In this document: positions 34,406-49,594 of the stretch, piece after piece
Layout: the number at the start of each line of letters is the position of its first letter
Position numbering within the stretch: the stretch's first letter is position 1
NCBI RefSeq assembly: GCF_001194135.2
Contig: NC_068986.1
Location: 72,913,859-72,973,468, forward strand
Reading direction: 5' to 3'
Origin: Octopus bimaculoides
Taxonomy: Eukaryota
DNA: 59,610 nt
The notes under the pieces: model-generated
Seen by the model: the letters and a program-made list of their open reading frames with translations, nothing else
Told to the model about the DNA's origin: nothing
The model's database searches: none
Translations under genes and position numbers: made by a program

Positions 34406-37043
34406 ATTACATATACTACATATGCGATACTCTACTGCATGTAAAAAAAAGCACTTTCATGCAGAAGTAACAATATTGGCAATATTGAAGTGCACACCAC
34501 AAGACATAAATGCAATGGAGCAGCAAGAATCTGTTTGAGTCTGCCTTACTGACTCCATTGCAGTTATCAGAACATATAAAGGAATTGTTCAACTTACAAT
34601 TAGCAGCCAAATTCTTTATATCATACTCTACTATTGTATGAAAGGAAGGACACATCAGATAATGTGAGCTTTATACAGTGCTTGAAAAAAAAATGAAGTG
34701 GCTATGTGTGGAATGTCTTTGATCACAGGACAGCTCTGTGGACATTAAATGATGATGATGATGATAGTTGTGACCTACATGAGGAATATTCAGGTACATC
34801 TCATTTCATTGTTTCATTATAAACTGTACTTTAGACTTCAGTGGTGGAAGAAATATTTTTCTTGAAGCTTGTATTTTAAAGTTGTATACATGTACCTCTT
34901 CTTAATATTAGTTTCAAATTCTGGCACAAAGCCAGGAATTTTGTGGGAGGGGATAAGTTGTGACACTTATTTTATTGACCCCCAAAAGGACAAAAAGCAA
35001 AGTTGACTCTGGCAGAATTTGAACTCAGAACCTAAAAGACAGACAAAATGCTGCTAAGCATTTTGCCTGACATGCTAATGATTTACCAGTTTGACACCTT
35101 ACCTCTTCTCAATATAGTTGGAATGGGTTGAATTGACTGCTATGTTTGTTTTGTTTCTATCAGATATAATTCTCTCCATTATATTTATTACAAACCAATG
35201 AAAGAGTTTCTAGATGGTCACTCAGTTTGTTGTAAATTGTAACTAATTCTCTTCAACCACCCAGCCATCTTAAAAAGAGGATAATGAAATCTTGTATATA
35301 CAAAACAATGAGATGCCCACAGTAAAATACCTTTACTCACACCTCTGCTAGATCAGGGCTGACTTGGGATCAAATGACATCTTAAGAATTATATTGTGGT
35401 GGTAATGTTTCTACAGAAACAATCAACCAGGTTACAGTAGCAACCAAGTTTTTATTTTAAAAAGACTCAGTAAGCTCACAAACCACTTTGACCTTTTAGC
35501 ATTCAGATCATTCTGTCAAATGTAATGTTTATTTATTCACATTGTTTTGAATTAATCTGGCATTACCTTGTAGCTTTAAGATTTCAATGATATGATTGAT
35601 TCTTTTTAGGATAACACTGTTCGGTATGTGTGAGGAGCCAAATGTAGCTGGTTTGAACATTTTTATATTAGAATATTTAAGCCAGATATGGCCTCTTTAA
35701 ATTCCAAAGGGTTAAAATAATTACAATGTGTTTTATATTCTAAATATTGGAACAAGATGCTCCTCAATAAAGATAGGAAACTATCGAATGGATATTCTGT
35801 TTAAATTCTAATCTTTTATCACTTATATGTGTCAAGAAGTCAGCTCAAGTAAAAACAACTGTTCCTATCCCCAAGCAATGGTATCTGTGGCTTTTATCAG
35901 TAAGTGCCCTTTCTAGAATATTAAGTCTTGCACTGCATCTTAGATTGAAAAGAGGAAAAATCTTTTATTCTGTTTACTTTTTTTTTATCTCACTGCAAAG
36001 CAAATACCAACTCTGATAAACAATTAAAATGTAACAGTCCTGACGAAATGAAATTAGTTATTTATAATAAATGTTAAAGATAATTTTTGCATTTCATGGT
36101 TCTTATGTTCAAAGATATTCCGTTTCGTTAATCANNNNNNNNNNATATATAAACTTCCAATTGCCTAAAAAAATAAAATTTAAAAAAAAACCATTAATCT
36201 GGCAATTAATGTAGTTTTTATGTCTACAAAAAATTGGCAATCTGGTGCATCTGAAATTAAAGTTACAAGATGCAAAAACTAACACAATATTCTGCAGGAA
36301 AATCAAGAATTTAGGATTAAATATTCCTTGTGTTGCTTATTCTCTTATTCTGATATATTATTACAAAGCTTCCATCGATACGCAACGTTCGTATATTCAA
36401 ACATGTCATCAGATGGGAAATTAACACGACCGAATTATATTAAAAATTACTTATTATTTCATCAGGATTTGATTTTTTTGCATTTTCTAAGCATATTTTG
36501 TAATTTCAATCAAATGTCCCAATTTCTTATTTTAAAAAGTCAGAAAAATGTTAGAAAACGACAGCGACATCCATTCAAAATATTGTTATTCATACTGATA
36601 CTACTGCCGCCTGTTAGTGCAACCACCTCTATGAGACATACTTCTACCACTACCACTCCTTACTGCCGATTGTGAATTTCAAGTAGAAGCGATTCGTTCA
36701 TGCTATCCTAGTCTTCTTACAACGGAATAACTGTTTTTCCCTGCCAGTGTAACAAAAGTAACTGAATAGAAGAATAAAGGAGTTATAACCAAAGCTGTAT
36801 ATTCCTGTCGACCTGATTCCACGGTTCTGGAATTTTGGATTCCACCAAACCGAGATATCTTTTACTTCATTCTGATTATAAAGGTTGGAGCTTCATTCTC
36901 CTCGACTAGTTCGTTTAACTTAATTTTTATCGTAGAAATCTGGCCATTTTTTTGTATCATTTTTTTAAATATCATTTTTTGTATCATTTTTAAAAATCGT
37001 TTTAGTGTTATATATAAAGATATACATACATATATTTACCATA

Positions 37044-37093
<50 letters not shown>

Positions 37094-38069
37094 TACTAGA
37101 ATTATACTTAATATATAGTTATTAATATAAAAGAACGTGTTTTATAGTAATTTTTCTGTGTATTTTTTGTTTTCATGAAAATCTCAATGACAAAAGGCAA
37201 ATAAGATTAATGTTTATTTATTTAAAAAAAATTTTTAGTGTATTTCTTTATGATCATTTCTGTTGCTCTCTTAGCAACTTTTTGCAGTGCAAACTTTTAA
37301 CAAGCTATTGAAAAATGTTCTTTGAACATTTTCAGCAAAATAAACTAAACTCCATAATCCCAAATTTCAAGCCAGTTCGAGAGATAACATTTTACAAAGT
37401 TATGTTCAATTTGTTTTTCGAAGTCAGAGTAAAAAAATCTTTTTTTTAAATAAAACATATGAAGGTCGAATGTAAGTGTGTGTGTGTCTTTCCATTTATA
37501 TGTGTGATTATGTATGTTGCTTTGAGATTTTTTTTTTTTTGACTTACATTACAGAATTCGAGCCGGTCACTAGCAAAGTGGCTCTTTTGTTCAAATCAAG
37601 ACAGCTCTTGGGATTTGTAGTTTATCTGAATTCGTTGGTGTGTACATATATGCGTGTGATTGTCCACGTGTGTGTGTAGAGCATGCAGATAAGCTTACAC
37701 TCATGTTGTGAATGTGCGTGTCATGTACGTACGCAAGTTTGTGAGTGCATGTATATTCCATATGTATATGTGATTAAGGGTATGTATTTAACTAGGAACC
37801 TCAAATGGAAAATCCCTGAAATGTTTTACAAATTTTTGCTGTCTCTCTAATCGATTGTATGTAGAGAATGTAAATCAGTCTGCTTTGTTCTTTTTGGAGA
37901 ACCCATCATTTCCAGGTTTTATGCAGATCTCTTGTTACATAACTCAATGTACTTATGATAATAGTAACAAATGAAAATTTATAGCCTGGATATAAAAGCT
38001 GTAGGTTTCTTATGATTTATTCATAGATGTTCTTTTCTCTAATTTTTAGTGAGAGATTTGCATCTATTG

Positions 38070-39830
38070 GGCAACTGAACTTTACAATGGTGCATGACAG
38101 TTCCTTTTCAACAATATCTGGCCTGTTGAGCTTACACCAAGTTGTTGTTTTAATTGGAATGTTCTATCAGTATTCTTTATTTTTAAAGTTGTGAATACTT
38201 TCTGGTTCTTGTGTGCTTTATAACAGTTGTCAGGACTATCCTTCCTGTGTATAGCATTACAGATGGTCTTAACGACAATCTGACGTCTCATGTGAAGGTA
38301 GTACTTTGCAGACATTTTTGGACAACTGCTGTTGATGTAGGTGATATTCTCCACACTAGTAAGGCATGACCCTTACTATCTCAGTGTGGTGGTGGAGTCT
38401 AGAGGAACATGCTTATCTCTCTTGTTGATCAATTATTTATCTCCTGGTCTTGTATAGGAAAAGCATAGCTTTCTAGGTGAGATGTGATGTACTTGTCACA
38501 GGTCCAGGAGAGGCTACTATTCCTGGTAATCTTGTTGGCATTCTCTAACTTGAATGATATATACCCTCACATAACTTATTGTTGGCATGGTGAGTATTTC
38601 TCCTCCAAGCCTCTGTTTAAGTAGGTCAGCTCAGCCAGCCTTAGTTCATATGGAACAGAGTACCTATTCAAGAGTTTTTCATTTAGAGTGAGGATCGTGG
38701 AGTCTCAAAGCGTGCAGCATTATTGGCCAAGTGCTCTGGTTGTCTCCTTTCTTTACTGCTCAATAATGTTGCCTAAGTGATATGATGCAGCATTCAAAGG
38801 CCTGATCTTATTATGCATCTTCCTCCACCTCCATCCATTTTATATAGATCCTGTCATGGGAGTTTAAGGACTTTTCTGTCCTGTTTATTCATGAGATATT
38901 TTGTAGCTATCTCCTGCTTTTGGCTTGCAAAACCATAGCTTTCAAGATGTAACATGATGTAACAGTCACAACTCCATGAGAGGCTATACTCCACATCAAT
39001 ATTGATTTCAAATTTTGGCACAAGGCCAGCAATTTGCTGGTAGGGGTAAGTCAATTACATCAACCTCTGTACTCAACTGGTTCTTATTTTATCAACCCTG
39101 AAAGGAAGAATGGTAAAGTCAATCTTGGCAGAATTTGAACTCAGCATTTCACCTGGTGTATTAACAATTCTGCCAGCTTGTTGCCTTACTCCATATTAAT
39201 ATTATCGTCCTCTTCTAGGTTACAGGAAACATGTATGTGCATAACCTTTTATGTTGAGTGATTCCCTTCCAGGTCTTCTCTGAGACATGATAGCCTTGCA
39301 CTTTTGGATTTCAATGAGAAGTTATCAGGAAGTATTTCCTGAGGAATTCACTACCACAGGATGTTATTCATTTCATTTTCAAACGCTTGGCTGGTGTATT
39401 TGTTTTTGCTGCTATTGTTTAGCAGATACTGTCTGAGTTATTTCATACAGCACTTGGAGGCAGTCTGTACACTTAAGTTTCTTCTTCCCTCTTTTCTTCT
39501 GTGATAGAATCTGTCCATATCACTGTTTCTATGGAAATTTGCAGTTTATGTCAAGATTTGCATATTTTAATGTCTGTGGGTTAGATTTTCTGTATAGGTC
39601 AATTGCATATTCAAAAGTTGGTATCAGTACAGGCGGAAAGCGACTGCCATATCTTTAGTCTAGTTTATCATTCTTTGGTTACTCTGTCCTTGTTCATAAT
39701 ACTTTTGAATGATATATTGTCATCAATATCTGGGTATCGATTGCACCATTCATGCAAAGATTTTGGTTTAAGGAAATAGTCTTTCCACATTCACTTTTTA
39801 AATTTGAACATTTCTTTTGTTCAAACTACA
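38070..39830 (-). mobile_element. Degenerate RLE-type non-LTR retrotransposon (RT thumb plus zinc knuckle), interrupted by a SINE at ~39005-39190
   Basis: ENITYINSSCPKMSAKYYLHMRRQIVVKTICNAI and DLYKMDGGGR-like motif. Confidence 0.65.
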
Positions 39831-40329
39831 TCTTTGTATCAGTGGAAAGTATTATGAAAGTGTTAAATCTAGCTATGTTTCAGTTTTGTAAATATTTCAA
39901 ATAAAGATCTTTAGATTGTCAACAAACTATTTATGAGTGATACAAGTGTTTTTTTACAGTTATGCAACCTAAGACATAACTATCTTTCATGAAAGAAATA
40001 ACAGTGTGATAGGGACAAAATAAACAGAAGCACTATGAGATTGTCATCTTGTGTATATGTAGATATGCATGCATGCATGGATATGTATGTATATATATAT
40101 ATATATATATATGTACAAGCAGAGATGCCTGGCATCACTTGGGATTAGAAACAGGTGATACAGGAAAGTACAGCATTGATGACAAAACATTTGTGGAGTA
40201 AATGATGGGCTAATTCAACTAAGTGATTTGTCATTCGTCTGTTTGGAGTATTCCAGGCTTTAACCAGTCACGGAAAATTGGTGTGTGTGTGGTGGGGGTA
40301 TGTGATTTTTGAATGCACTGAAAAGCTGT

Positions 40330-41340
40330 CAGTGGATATATTCTCCATTGCAGCAGTTGGCGCTGCGTTTAACATGACCCATCATCTGAAGTTTTGACAC
40401 CTCCTTCGGGTTTGTTGTCCTACATCACTCATAAAGAAAATTTGGAGCAACTGTGGTTGTTCATTTGTGGGTAACAGGGAACCAATGAGGTGATAGACTT
40501 CCCCTAGAACTTTCAATGTTGGCATAAATCCATGCACCAAACGATGTCATTTGAAATGTAGAGTTGTATTGTCTGATATTGTTTACAAAATCCTTTAAGA
40601 CTGGATGGAAGTGCCTTCCAGAAGATCTATAAGAGGTTGAGGAGGAACTGGTAGTGCTGATAATCTTACCTTACTGCCTGAGCAGCGCATGCCATTAGTT
40701 TCATTTGGAAATTTTAAAGCTTTGCACAAATGACAATTTTAGTTTAGCACACCAATTTGGACAAAATTATCATTTTTATAAGAATGGGATGGATCATATC
40801 TGAAAGCAGCTCCAGGAGTTGTGAAGAACAAATTTGTACTTCACAACTGTTTCTGAGAGCTTTTCTATTGGACTGCTCTCTAATCATTAAAACGTCACAT
40901 TAAAACATTGTTTTAATGATTCATCATTAAGTGCTGCAGCATGCGTTTGCTGATCTTGAGAAAGTCTCATCTCCCTTCTGTATTGAGAGTCTATCTGACA
41001 TGCTGCAGCATTCCTTTGCTGATCTTGGTAAAATTTCATCTCCCTTCTCTCTTGAGACTCCAGTTGATGTGCTGCAGCAAGTATTTGCTGATCTTGAGAA
41101 AGTCTCATCTTTCTGTATTGAGACTCTTGCCTTCAGTTTTCTACAGTCCTCCTTGCCTTATTCTTGTTTCCAGAGTGATTACATCTTTTCTTTGGTGGCA
41201 TATTTTTTTCAATATTGTAAACCAAAAATTATGAACATTTTAACAAATGCCTTAAACTAGTCCTGAGTGCACATGTAGAGATAAATCTGTGTCCCCTAGG
41301 ATAGGTAGTTGATATATCCTCCATTCTTTACAAGGCAGTA
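40330..41340 (-). mobile_element. Helitron Rep/helicase N-terminal remnant with 69-bp (23-aa) repeats
   Basis: CHLCKALKFPNETNGMRCSGSKVRLSALPVPPQPLIDLL…NNIRQYNSTFQMTSFGA, preceded by repeats REMRLSQDQQ..AAA. Confidence 0.88.
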
Positions 41341-41650
41341 ATCTCTATTATTGTAAGCAGTTGTATGTATGTAGTATGTCCTTATTTTTGTTTGCAGTAT
41401 AAATTAACCAAATAGAAGCACATATATGAACTGATAATTTGACAGTGAATTTGCAACTGCTGTGATAATTATTAACTGGTAATTGAATGGTAAATGTGTA
41501 TTTCTATATACCTTGGACCTTCCACTTCATTGTTTTTTGTCCAGCTGTTCGTTATGTCAGTCAACACACATACACTGACACATCATTTTGCTGTTGTGGC
41601 TGTAAAGACAGAAAGTTGCTGATGTGTAATGTTGTTCACATTAAGATATA

Positions 41651-41760
41651 ATTAGAATTAAAAGTGAAACAATATTATAGTCTTATCACATTAGAATTAA
41701 AAGTGAAACAATATTATAGTCTTATCACATTAGAATTAAAAGTGAAACAATATTATATCA
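41651..41760. repeat. 39-bp tandem repeat, about 2.8 copies
   Basis: ATTAGAATTAAAAGTGAAACAATATTATAGTCTTATCAC. Confidence 0.95.
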
Positions 41761-42396
41761 TATTACAATACAGATGTTATTCTTTCAGTTTTGACATGTA
41801 ATACTGAACCAGTGCCAATGTTGTATTGTTTTAATCCCAATGAAAAAAAATTACATGTTGACACTTACGGGGTCTGATACTATTACTATGTAAAATTTGA
41901 TTTGATTTGGTTTAGCCATTTGAGAATGCATTGGGAACAGACAGACAGACAAAGAATTTTATCTATATATATTAAATATTTTTTAAAGTCCAAGCTATAC
42001 GAGTTAAAAGAAAATAATTACAGGTCAATGACTGACCTGTACTCTCAGAGAATTCAGCTATAAACAATTTTTCTCTGTAAATTTCCTGAAGAAGGAATCC
42101 GAACCCTGAAATATTGAAATATCAGGTTAGTACTAACCATCAAACTGTAATTTTAACATTTTTGAACTTACATTCATTTGGTTTTAAGAAAAAATTATTT
42201 GAAACCTTTATATGTATATATAAAGATTATAATTATTACAAATAAAAGGGTAAAGGATTATCAATTTGTTAATAAATTAATAATTAATAATTTTTACCAA
42301 GCCCTTCAGTATGTAAACACCATTATCGGTGAAGAACTTATTTAAAAGTTCTTATACATTTATAAACATAATTAAGGGATCAGCAACAAGATTATG

Positions 42397-42428
<32 letters not shown>

Positions 42429-42594
42429 NNNNNNNNNNNNNNNNNNNNNNNNNNNNNNNNNNNNNNNNNNNNNNNNNNNNNNNNNNNNNNNNNNNNNNNN
42501 NNNNNNNNNNNNNNNNNNNATATATATCAGATATTGCTTCATGAAAACTATATCACTCTAACACACACACGTGTGTGTGTGTGTGTGTGTATAC

Positions 42595-43255
42595 ATGGGC
42601 CCTGAATGCAGAGGACGTGCGAAGACTAGAGAGGAATAAAATTGGTGTGCTTTGTTGGATGTGCAATATCAGTGTACACGTGACGGAGCACTAGTGTTTT
42701 GAGAGAAAAGATAGGCATAAGAAGATTATATGCAGTGTGGAAGAGACGAGACTGCACAGGTTTGGTTATGTGATGTGGATGGATGAGGACATTTGCATAA
42801 ACAAGTGCTGATCACTTAAAGTGGAGAGAAGTTGTGAAAGAGGGAGACCCCAGGAGACATGAGATGAAATATTGAAGGCTGATCTCAAAATGCTCACCTT
42901 TATGAAGATGACAGAAGACTGAGATATGTGATGCATTGCTGTACTCAACAAGACCTGCCCTCCACAACAGAATTGATATCCTGAGACCAAGGTGCCCTGT
43001 AAAAAGCATTGGTGTCATAAAATTCACTGGTGCTGGTGCCATGTAAAAAGCATTGGTCATGGTGCCACATAAAAAGCACTGGTGATAGTGCTACATGAAA
43101 AGTACCCAGTACACTCTGAAAAGCAGTTGGTATTAGGAAGAGCATCCAGCTGTAGAAACCAAACCAAAATAGACTCTGGAACCTTATGTAACCCCTATCA
43201 GGCTGCCCAACCCATGCCAGCATGGAAAACGGACATCAAATGATGGTGGTAGTGA
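42595..43255 (+). mobile_element. RTE LINE 3' end running directly into the (GAT)n-tail retroposon sequence
   Basis: RRLERN…LCWMCNISV…RLHRFGYVMWMDED…RGRP…DLK; similar fragment at ~48340-48780. Confidence 0.75.
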
Positions 43256-43954
43256 TGGGCTCTCCTGTCATAATGACAGATGAGGGTTTCGTTCTGCAAC
43301 CAAGAACTCAAGATCATAGTGAGCCACCAGTTTGCTGAACAACCCATACAGATGATTTGTTTATAATGATCAAATATTCGTGCTCACTTCCTCTATCAAA
43401 TCAACATTCTCTGTACAGGTGTACAGTGTTCCACATATCAGATGTCAAAGTTATTGCAAACCAAATTGAGAATATTAGGTTTGTCTACCTTACTGGTCCA
43501 TAGCCAGAATAATATGACATCATTTATGACAGACCAGTCTATGGCTAATTTTTAAATTTAGCTATAGAATCATATGTAAATTAATTATTTGTAAAGGCAG
43601 CCCATGTCTTAAAGCTTTACAGGATAGTGGTTTTGTTGATAAATTCTTTTATAGCCCTCCTCCTTCTCAACCATGTAGATGTAGGAGTAGGTCCTGCAAC
43701 CTTTTTATGGTTCACTCTGCTTTTCTCTCTAAATGTTATGTCAAATATAGGTAGAAAATTCTTACTTTTATTAAAGAAACACTTTCCCCACAACCATAGT
43801 TATAACAAAATATTTAACAGATTCAGTTAACATTACTTATTTCTGTTTCCCTAATGTAAAAGCCTATATCAACATTTTAACAAATGCTTTAAACTAGTCC
43901 TGGGTGCACATGCAGAGATAAATCTATGTGTCCTCTCGGATAGGTAGTTGATAT

Positions 43955-44200
43955 GTCCTCCATTCTTCACAAGGCACAAGTAACAGCAAACAACAACACC
44001 AGCTGGACAGAAACCAAGCACTACAAAGGATCTGTGGAAGGAAAATTTAAATTCAGATACAACCATCTTCCTTTAGGTACTTCAAAAAGAGACATACCAC
44101 AACCATCTCAGCATTTATCTGGAAGATTAAGGACACGGGCATCCTATAGCGTCAACTGGGAGATTCTAGGACCAGATCATGTATTAATGAATCAGAAAGT
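43955..44200 (+). mobile_element. Penelope-like element, GIY-YIG-region fragment
   Basis: KHYKGSVEGKFKFRYNH…SAFIWKIKD…SYSVNWEILG (frameshifted). Confidence 0.7.
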
Positions 44201-45396
44201 TGTTCTGTTGGCTCGCTTATTATACTTTATCATTTGATGAATTTATAAACCTCCTGGGACTGTATAAATACCAGGAATGAAATTTTCTCATCATATCACA
44301 CTTTCCATTGTATATTTTAGTAGGAATTAAATATAAACTAGCAGACAGACCACAACCCATTAATTTGGTTGCAATTCTATGGAGCTCCAATCAGTGAATA
44401 TATTCCACCTGTACCATCATGTTTGCAGTGAGATATCCTGTTTATACACCACAAATGCCTGATAACTCTTGTAACTTCTATCATTCCAACAACCTTTCCA
44501 CTTTTTGTTTTCCTTTCTGCTTGGTTTATGAAATTTTCACCCCATCTAAGAACCTATCTTTATTAAATGTTCATTGAATTATCTACCTTTCATCACTTTC
44601 TGTCTTTTTCAAACTACATGTTCTTATTTAAAGTTCTCTTAAATCATACAGAGTTACTAACCCACCATATTGACATTACTAACATGAAAAATAGTGAAAT
44701 AAATTTCATATTCCTACCAGGAAACTCTGGGTAGCTGAATTTCTGTTTTTGTAATGGATATCCATATAGCAAATTCATATATAAACATCAAAAAATAAAT
44801 CCATGGCAATTTAGAACTCAATTAATAATAGGTTGTTAAACTCAAACCTTATTTCATTGTAGTAAATTATTTCAATTTAAATTAATTATGTATCACAATT
44901 ATATAATTATGCGTTTGTTTGGTGTTTATCTTAATGAAACTAAAGCTGAGCACAATTAATGTATGAATTATATGTGAAATTTATGCTTTTCTGATATGTA
45001 TATATTCATACACACATATGCACACACACACACACACACGTTTGTGTGTGTATGTGTGTCTATTGAATTGCACGTAAGTACTAAATAATAATGTCTGTGT
45101 ATGCATTATAATATTATGAATTCATTATAATCATATAATTATTAATATTAACATTTATGTCCATAAAATGTATTTCTCATGTTGTAATGAAACAATTGTA
45201 ACTACAGAATTAAAAATAATACCATAAATTCCTGTCTTTGTTTCAATATATACATACACTGTGGCTCATATACTGGACAAGGAATTTCAACTTGTATGAA
45301 TAGTTTTCTTCATAAACATAAAATATCTACATATTGTTGACAGCTGAGATTTGCAGACATGCTTCATGATAACAGCTCAGATTGTAATCCCTTTTA

Positions 45397-45441
<45 letters not shown>

Positions 45442-45454
45442 ATGTGTGTGTGTG

Positions 45455-45720
45455 TAGGCATGTTCGTGTGGTTAAGATGCTTACTTTGCAAATGTGGATT
45501 TAAGTTCAATGTTGCTGTTTGGCACCTTGCACTAGTGTCTTTTACTATAGCTTCAGGCTGACCAATGCCTTGTGAAACAATTTGGTAGACAGAAACTGTG
45601 TGGAAGCCTGTCATGTGTGTGTGTGCGTATGCTTGCCTCCCACCGCTACCACAACCTGACAACCAATGTTGCTTTGTAACTTCGCAGTTTAGCAAAAGAG
45701 ATCAATAGAATAGGTACCAA
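45455..45720 (+). mobile_element. tRNA/CORE-like SINE
   Basis: GTGGTTAAGATGCTT…GGCACCTTG…GTGTCTTTTACTATAGC; other copies at ~5130-5280, 14770-14900, 24010-24160, 28460-28597 and 52440-52580. Confidence 0.75.
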
Positions 45721-48700
45721 ACTTAAAATATAAGTATTGATTGTCAGAAGGTATTAGTGGAATAAAATTTCCCATGGAAGCCTGCTGCAAGACAATATGG
45801 TATGGGAGCTTCTCTCTCCACAACAGTGTTACTACTCGTCCCACATTTATTTTACTGAAATCAGTTTGCAACTATCAAAACTAAACCTCAATTATCTTAA
45901 CCCTTTAGTATCTTATAATAATTCTGTTTGTTCCACTGTTACTTAACCCATCCGTAATGCTTCCACATGATTAGTTAAAGGGGGAAGGAGGAAGGGGAGA
46001 GATGGTGGTGCGTGAAATGTGTAATTTCTTTTAACTAAGTTTTTTTTTCTGTTACTTAGCCCATCTTTAATGCTTTCATGTGATTAATTGAAGGGAAAGG
46101 CAAAGAGTGAAAGAAAAAGGGGGTAAGGTGAAGAGAGAGAGAGAAAGGAGAGTGATGTGTATTAAGTCTATAAAATTGTGTATAAAATATATAAAGTGCA
46201 TTAAGTAATCATTGTATTTCAATTTCTTTCACTTTTCAATGATTAGCAGACAAGTGACTATCTTTTGATACAGACACAACACAGGCTACACTTTCAGGTT
46301 TTTTGGATAAATTTTTCAGAAATACCTCAATAAGTTTACTATTAATTCTATGAAATATTCACTGGTCCTGCTAGTTCAGATTATTCTGTCAAATGTAATA
46401 CTTATTAATACACATTGTTTTGAATTAATCAAGCATTATCTTATCACTTCAAGATTTCGATGTTGTGATTGTTTATTTTTAGAATGGCATTATGGGATAG
46501 ATGGGTGTGGCCAGATCTGGCCACTTTGAGCATAAAGCATGTGGAATAATTTGGCCAGATATGGCCAGTTTAAATGATAAAGGGTTAATGTCACATGCCT
46601 TCAGTGTCCTATATAGATCATGGTTGTCGGCCCTCCTCCTCTCACTAATTAGTAACAATGAAGCTACATGGTCATCTGCTAAAAATATTGTGAATTAGGT
46701 AGTTGTCATCTTAGTTTATACAATGCACATCAAATTCAACTCTTTTTATGCTGATTTCCATTGGAAATGGAATATGGTCTAATTGTTATGGTAAACTATA
46801 TTTAAGATTTGTTTGATAACAAAGAAAATATTACCTCAGAAAAGACGTTATAAAACATGTTAACTTAAAGACAATCAACAATTCCCCAAATGAAAGTCTT
46901 CCTAATCAGCTTAAAGCTAACTTACTCTCTGTTCTACCAACTGTAAAAATACTACTCTTTAAAAAGATAGTATTCATAACTTTTTTGTTTTGATTACAAT
47001 GAGAAGAAACTGTGTTTGTTTCTGGTTACTCATTAATAGTGGAGTAACAGAAGGAATAAAGTACCAAGCTAAATACTTTCTTCTGAGATAATCTAGGGGC
47101 CGAACTTAACTTTTATTTAGCTTAAAATAATAACAGTTTTATTCCTCAAAACAAGATTATCATTAGCATTTATATGCATATTTTTAGCGATTAATAATTG
47201 CCTGCATTTTTGTTTTTACCGTTGTTTTTTTAAAATGAAACAAATACTGATTTTACAAATTAGTATTTGAACAAATATTATGACAAATGCCAAAATACTG
47301 TATATACCCAAATAAAAGTTGAGTTTTTCAGACCATTTTTTAAGGCTGAATTTAAAGGGTTGACTATTATGTAGATGTTTCTTTTCCTAGGATTGAATTT
47401 CATGTTAAATTTGCATTGTAATTTTTGTTGGCAAAGGCTTAGTTTGTGTAAATCATTACAAAACAAAAGTATGAAGATTTATGGAAATTCATTTATGGTA
47501 ATACACATCAGCACACATTTTGTGCTATAAAACCCACATTAATAAATCATTACCATGGCCAATATCTTTAAGTAATAACATATGGTGATACATTCCAGAA
47601 GGCTGGTATAACTAAAATTTTCTTTAGTTTTTCCCTCTGTCTCTGGATTTGTTAGACTGACAAATTGTATATGTAATGATACACTGCACCCAGTTGTATA
47701 TTTACTGAGATAGACCTAAAATATTAGGTTGACTTTTTGGCAAGATCAAATATTACTTGAGTATATATTGTACATCAAAATGACAACACTGTTTCTGACA
47801 ATGATCGGCTGTTTGATTGGTTAGAATAAAAGATCTAGTATTTAACCCATTAACATTTAAAGTGGCCATATCCAGCCAAAATATTCTACCTGTTTTATGC
47901 TCAAACTGGCCAGACCTGGCCTGTCTGACCTTACTCTACAATGTCATACTAGAACTAAACAATCATATCATTGAAATCTTGAAGGTATGAAATATTGTAT
48001 GAATAATTCAAAACAACATGAATAAATAAGCATTGCATTTGACAGACTAACCTGAATGCTAAAGGATTAAATAAAGGTTCTAGGGTAGGTCTCTAGCTTA
48101 GCTCAGGAGTGTCACTTAAAGATGACCAAAGAGAATACTGATTGAAATGTGTCAGCATCTCTGATGATGAACATCCAAGATTCCAAAAACAAACACCAGT
48201 AACAACCATCATCATTTATTGATATTCTTTTGTGATTTAAGTAAGAAAAAACTAGTTGTAAACTATAAATTTGGGGTGGAGGACAAAAAATGATAATGTT
48301 TTAACTCTTTTACTTTAAAAATTAAATTTCATAGTTATTCAGATGTTATGTGCAAAAGAGAAGACTGCACTGGTTTGATCATGTGATGCGTTTGGATGAG
48401 GATAGCTGCATAAAGAAGTGCAAGCTCTAATTGTGGAGAGTACCTTTAGAAGGGGTAGATCCAGGAAGATGTGGGATAAAGTGGTGAGAAATGATCTTCA
48501 GACACTGGGCCTCATTGAAGAAATGACAAGAGACTGGGAGATGTGGTGATTTGCTGTCCTTGATAAGATACATCAAGCTAAGTAACATCACTGTCTTCTA
48601 CACATACAGGATTGTCCTTTCAGGTACTGGTGCTGGATGCACACACCCAGCACACTCTGTTAAGTGTTAGGAAGGGCATCCAGTCATAGAAACCATACCA

Positions 48701-49594
48701 GCTGGAGTCTGGATAGCTCCATGTCAAACCGTCCAACCCATGGAAAGCGGATGTTAAATGATGATGATGATGATGATGACTCCAATAATGATGTTAAATA
48801 TCTACCAAAAAATAGAATCAGTATTTTCTGCAAGTTATGTTGCCTCAATAAACTTGACATATTGTCAACAGAAAATAGTTTCAAACATGATATTCCTCAA
48901 CAAAAATAGAGTGGTATATAAAACTGCTTTCTGCAGTTAAGGACAATAAAAGTCCTAATGAATATATGTTTTCCATTGGTGTAGCTAATAAAAGAGCACA
49001 TTTTTTCAAAATTGGTAACTTTTCAACAATTATTTTTACCTCTTCAATTTGCTTGTGTGATAAAAATTGAACCTCTTTTTTTTTTTTTTTTTTTTTTTTT
49101 TGTTAATTTCATGGCCTTCAAAGCACTTTCTAGAGTCATTACTTTATTTGACTGACCTCCTGTGTTTTTGAACTATCTACTCAATATCCTGTGATGTGTT
49201 GGTGGCTACTGACATCTGAAGAACCAAAACAAACCCTGTTGTCATAACTGCTCAACACTGGATAATTCTCTGGAGTTACATCTTTTTCATGTCACACCTA
49301 TATTAGTAGTTGTAAGTTTCATATATAATGCCATTGTTACTGAATCATAAAATTAATGAATGTAGAATACAATTATGTATATTATAACTAATAAAAGATT
49401 TCACATAATATAAGGGAAATGGGTAAAAAAACTATTTGGTATGTTTCTTGACACCTTTTATGTGTTCACTCCACTTAACTTTAGAACTTGGCTTTGAGCG
49501 CCTCTACTAGAAATGTCAATAAAAGGGTTAAATATTAAATTTTTGTTTCCTTTATCTTTCAGAGGTTGCTTGATGTAGGTGTTTTTCTTCAAAC

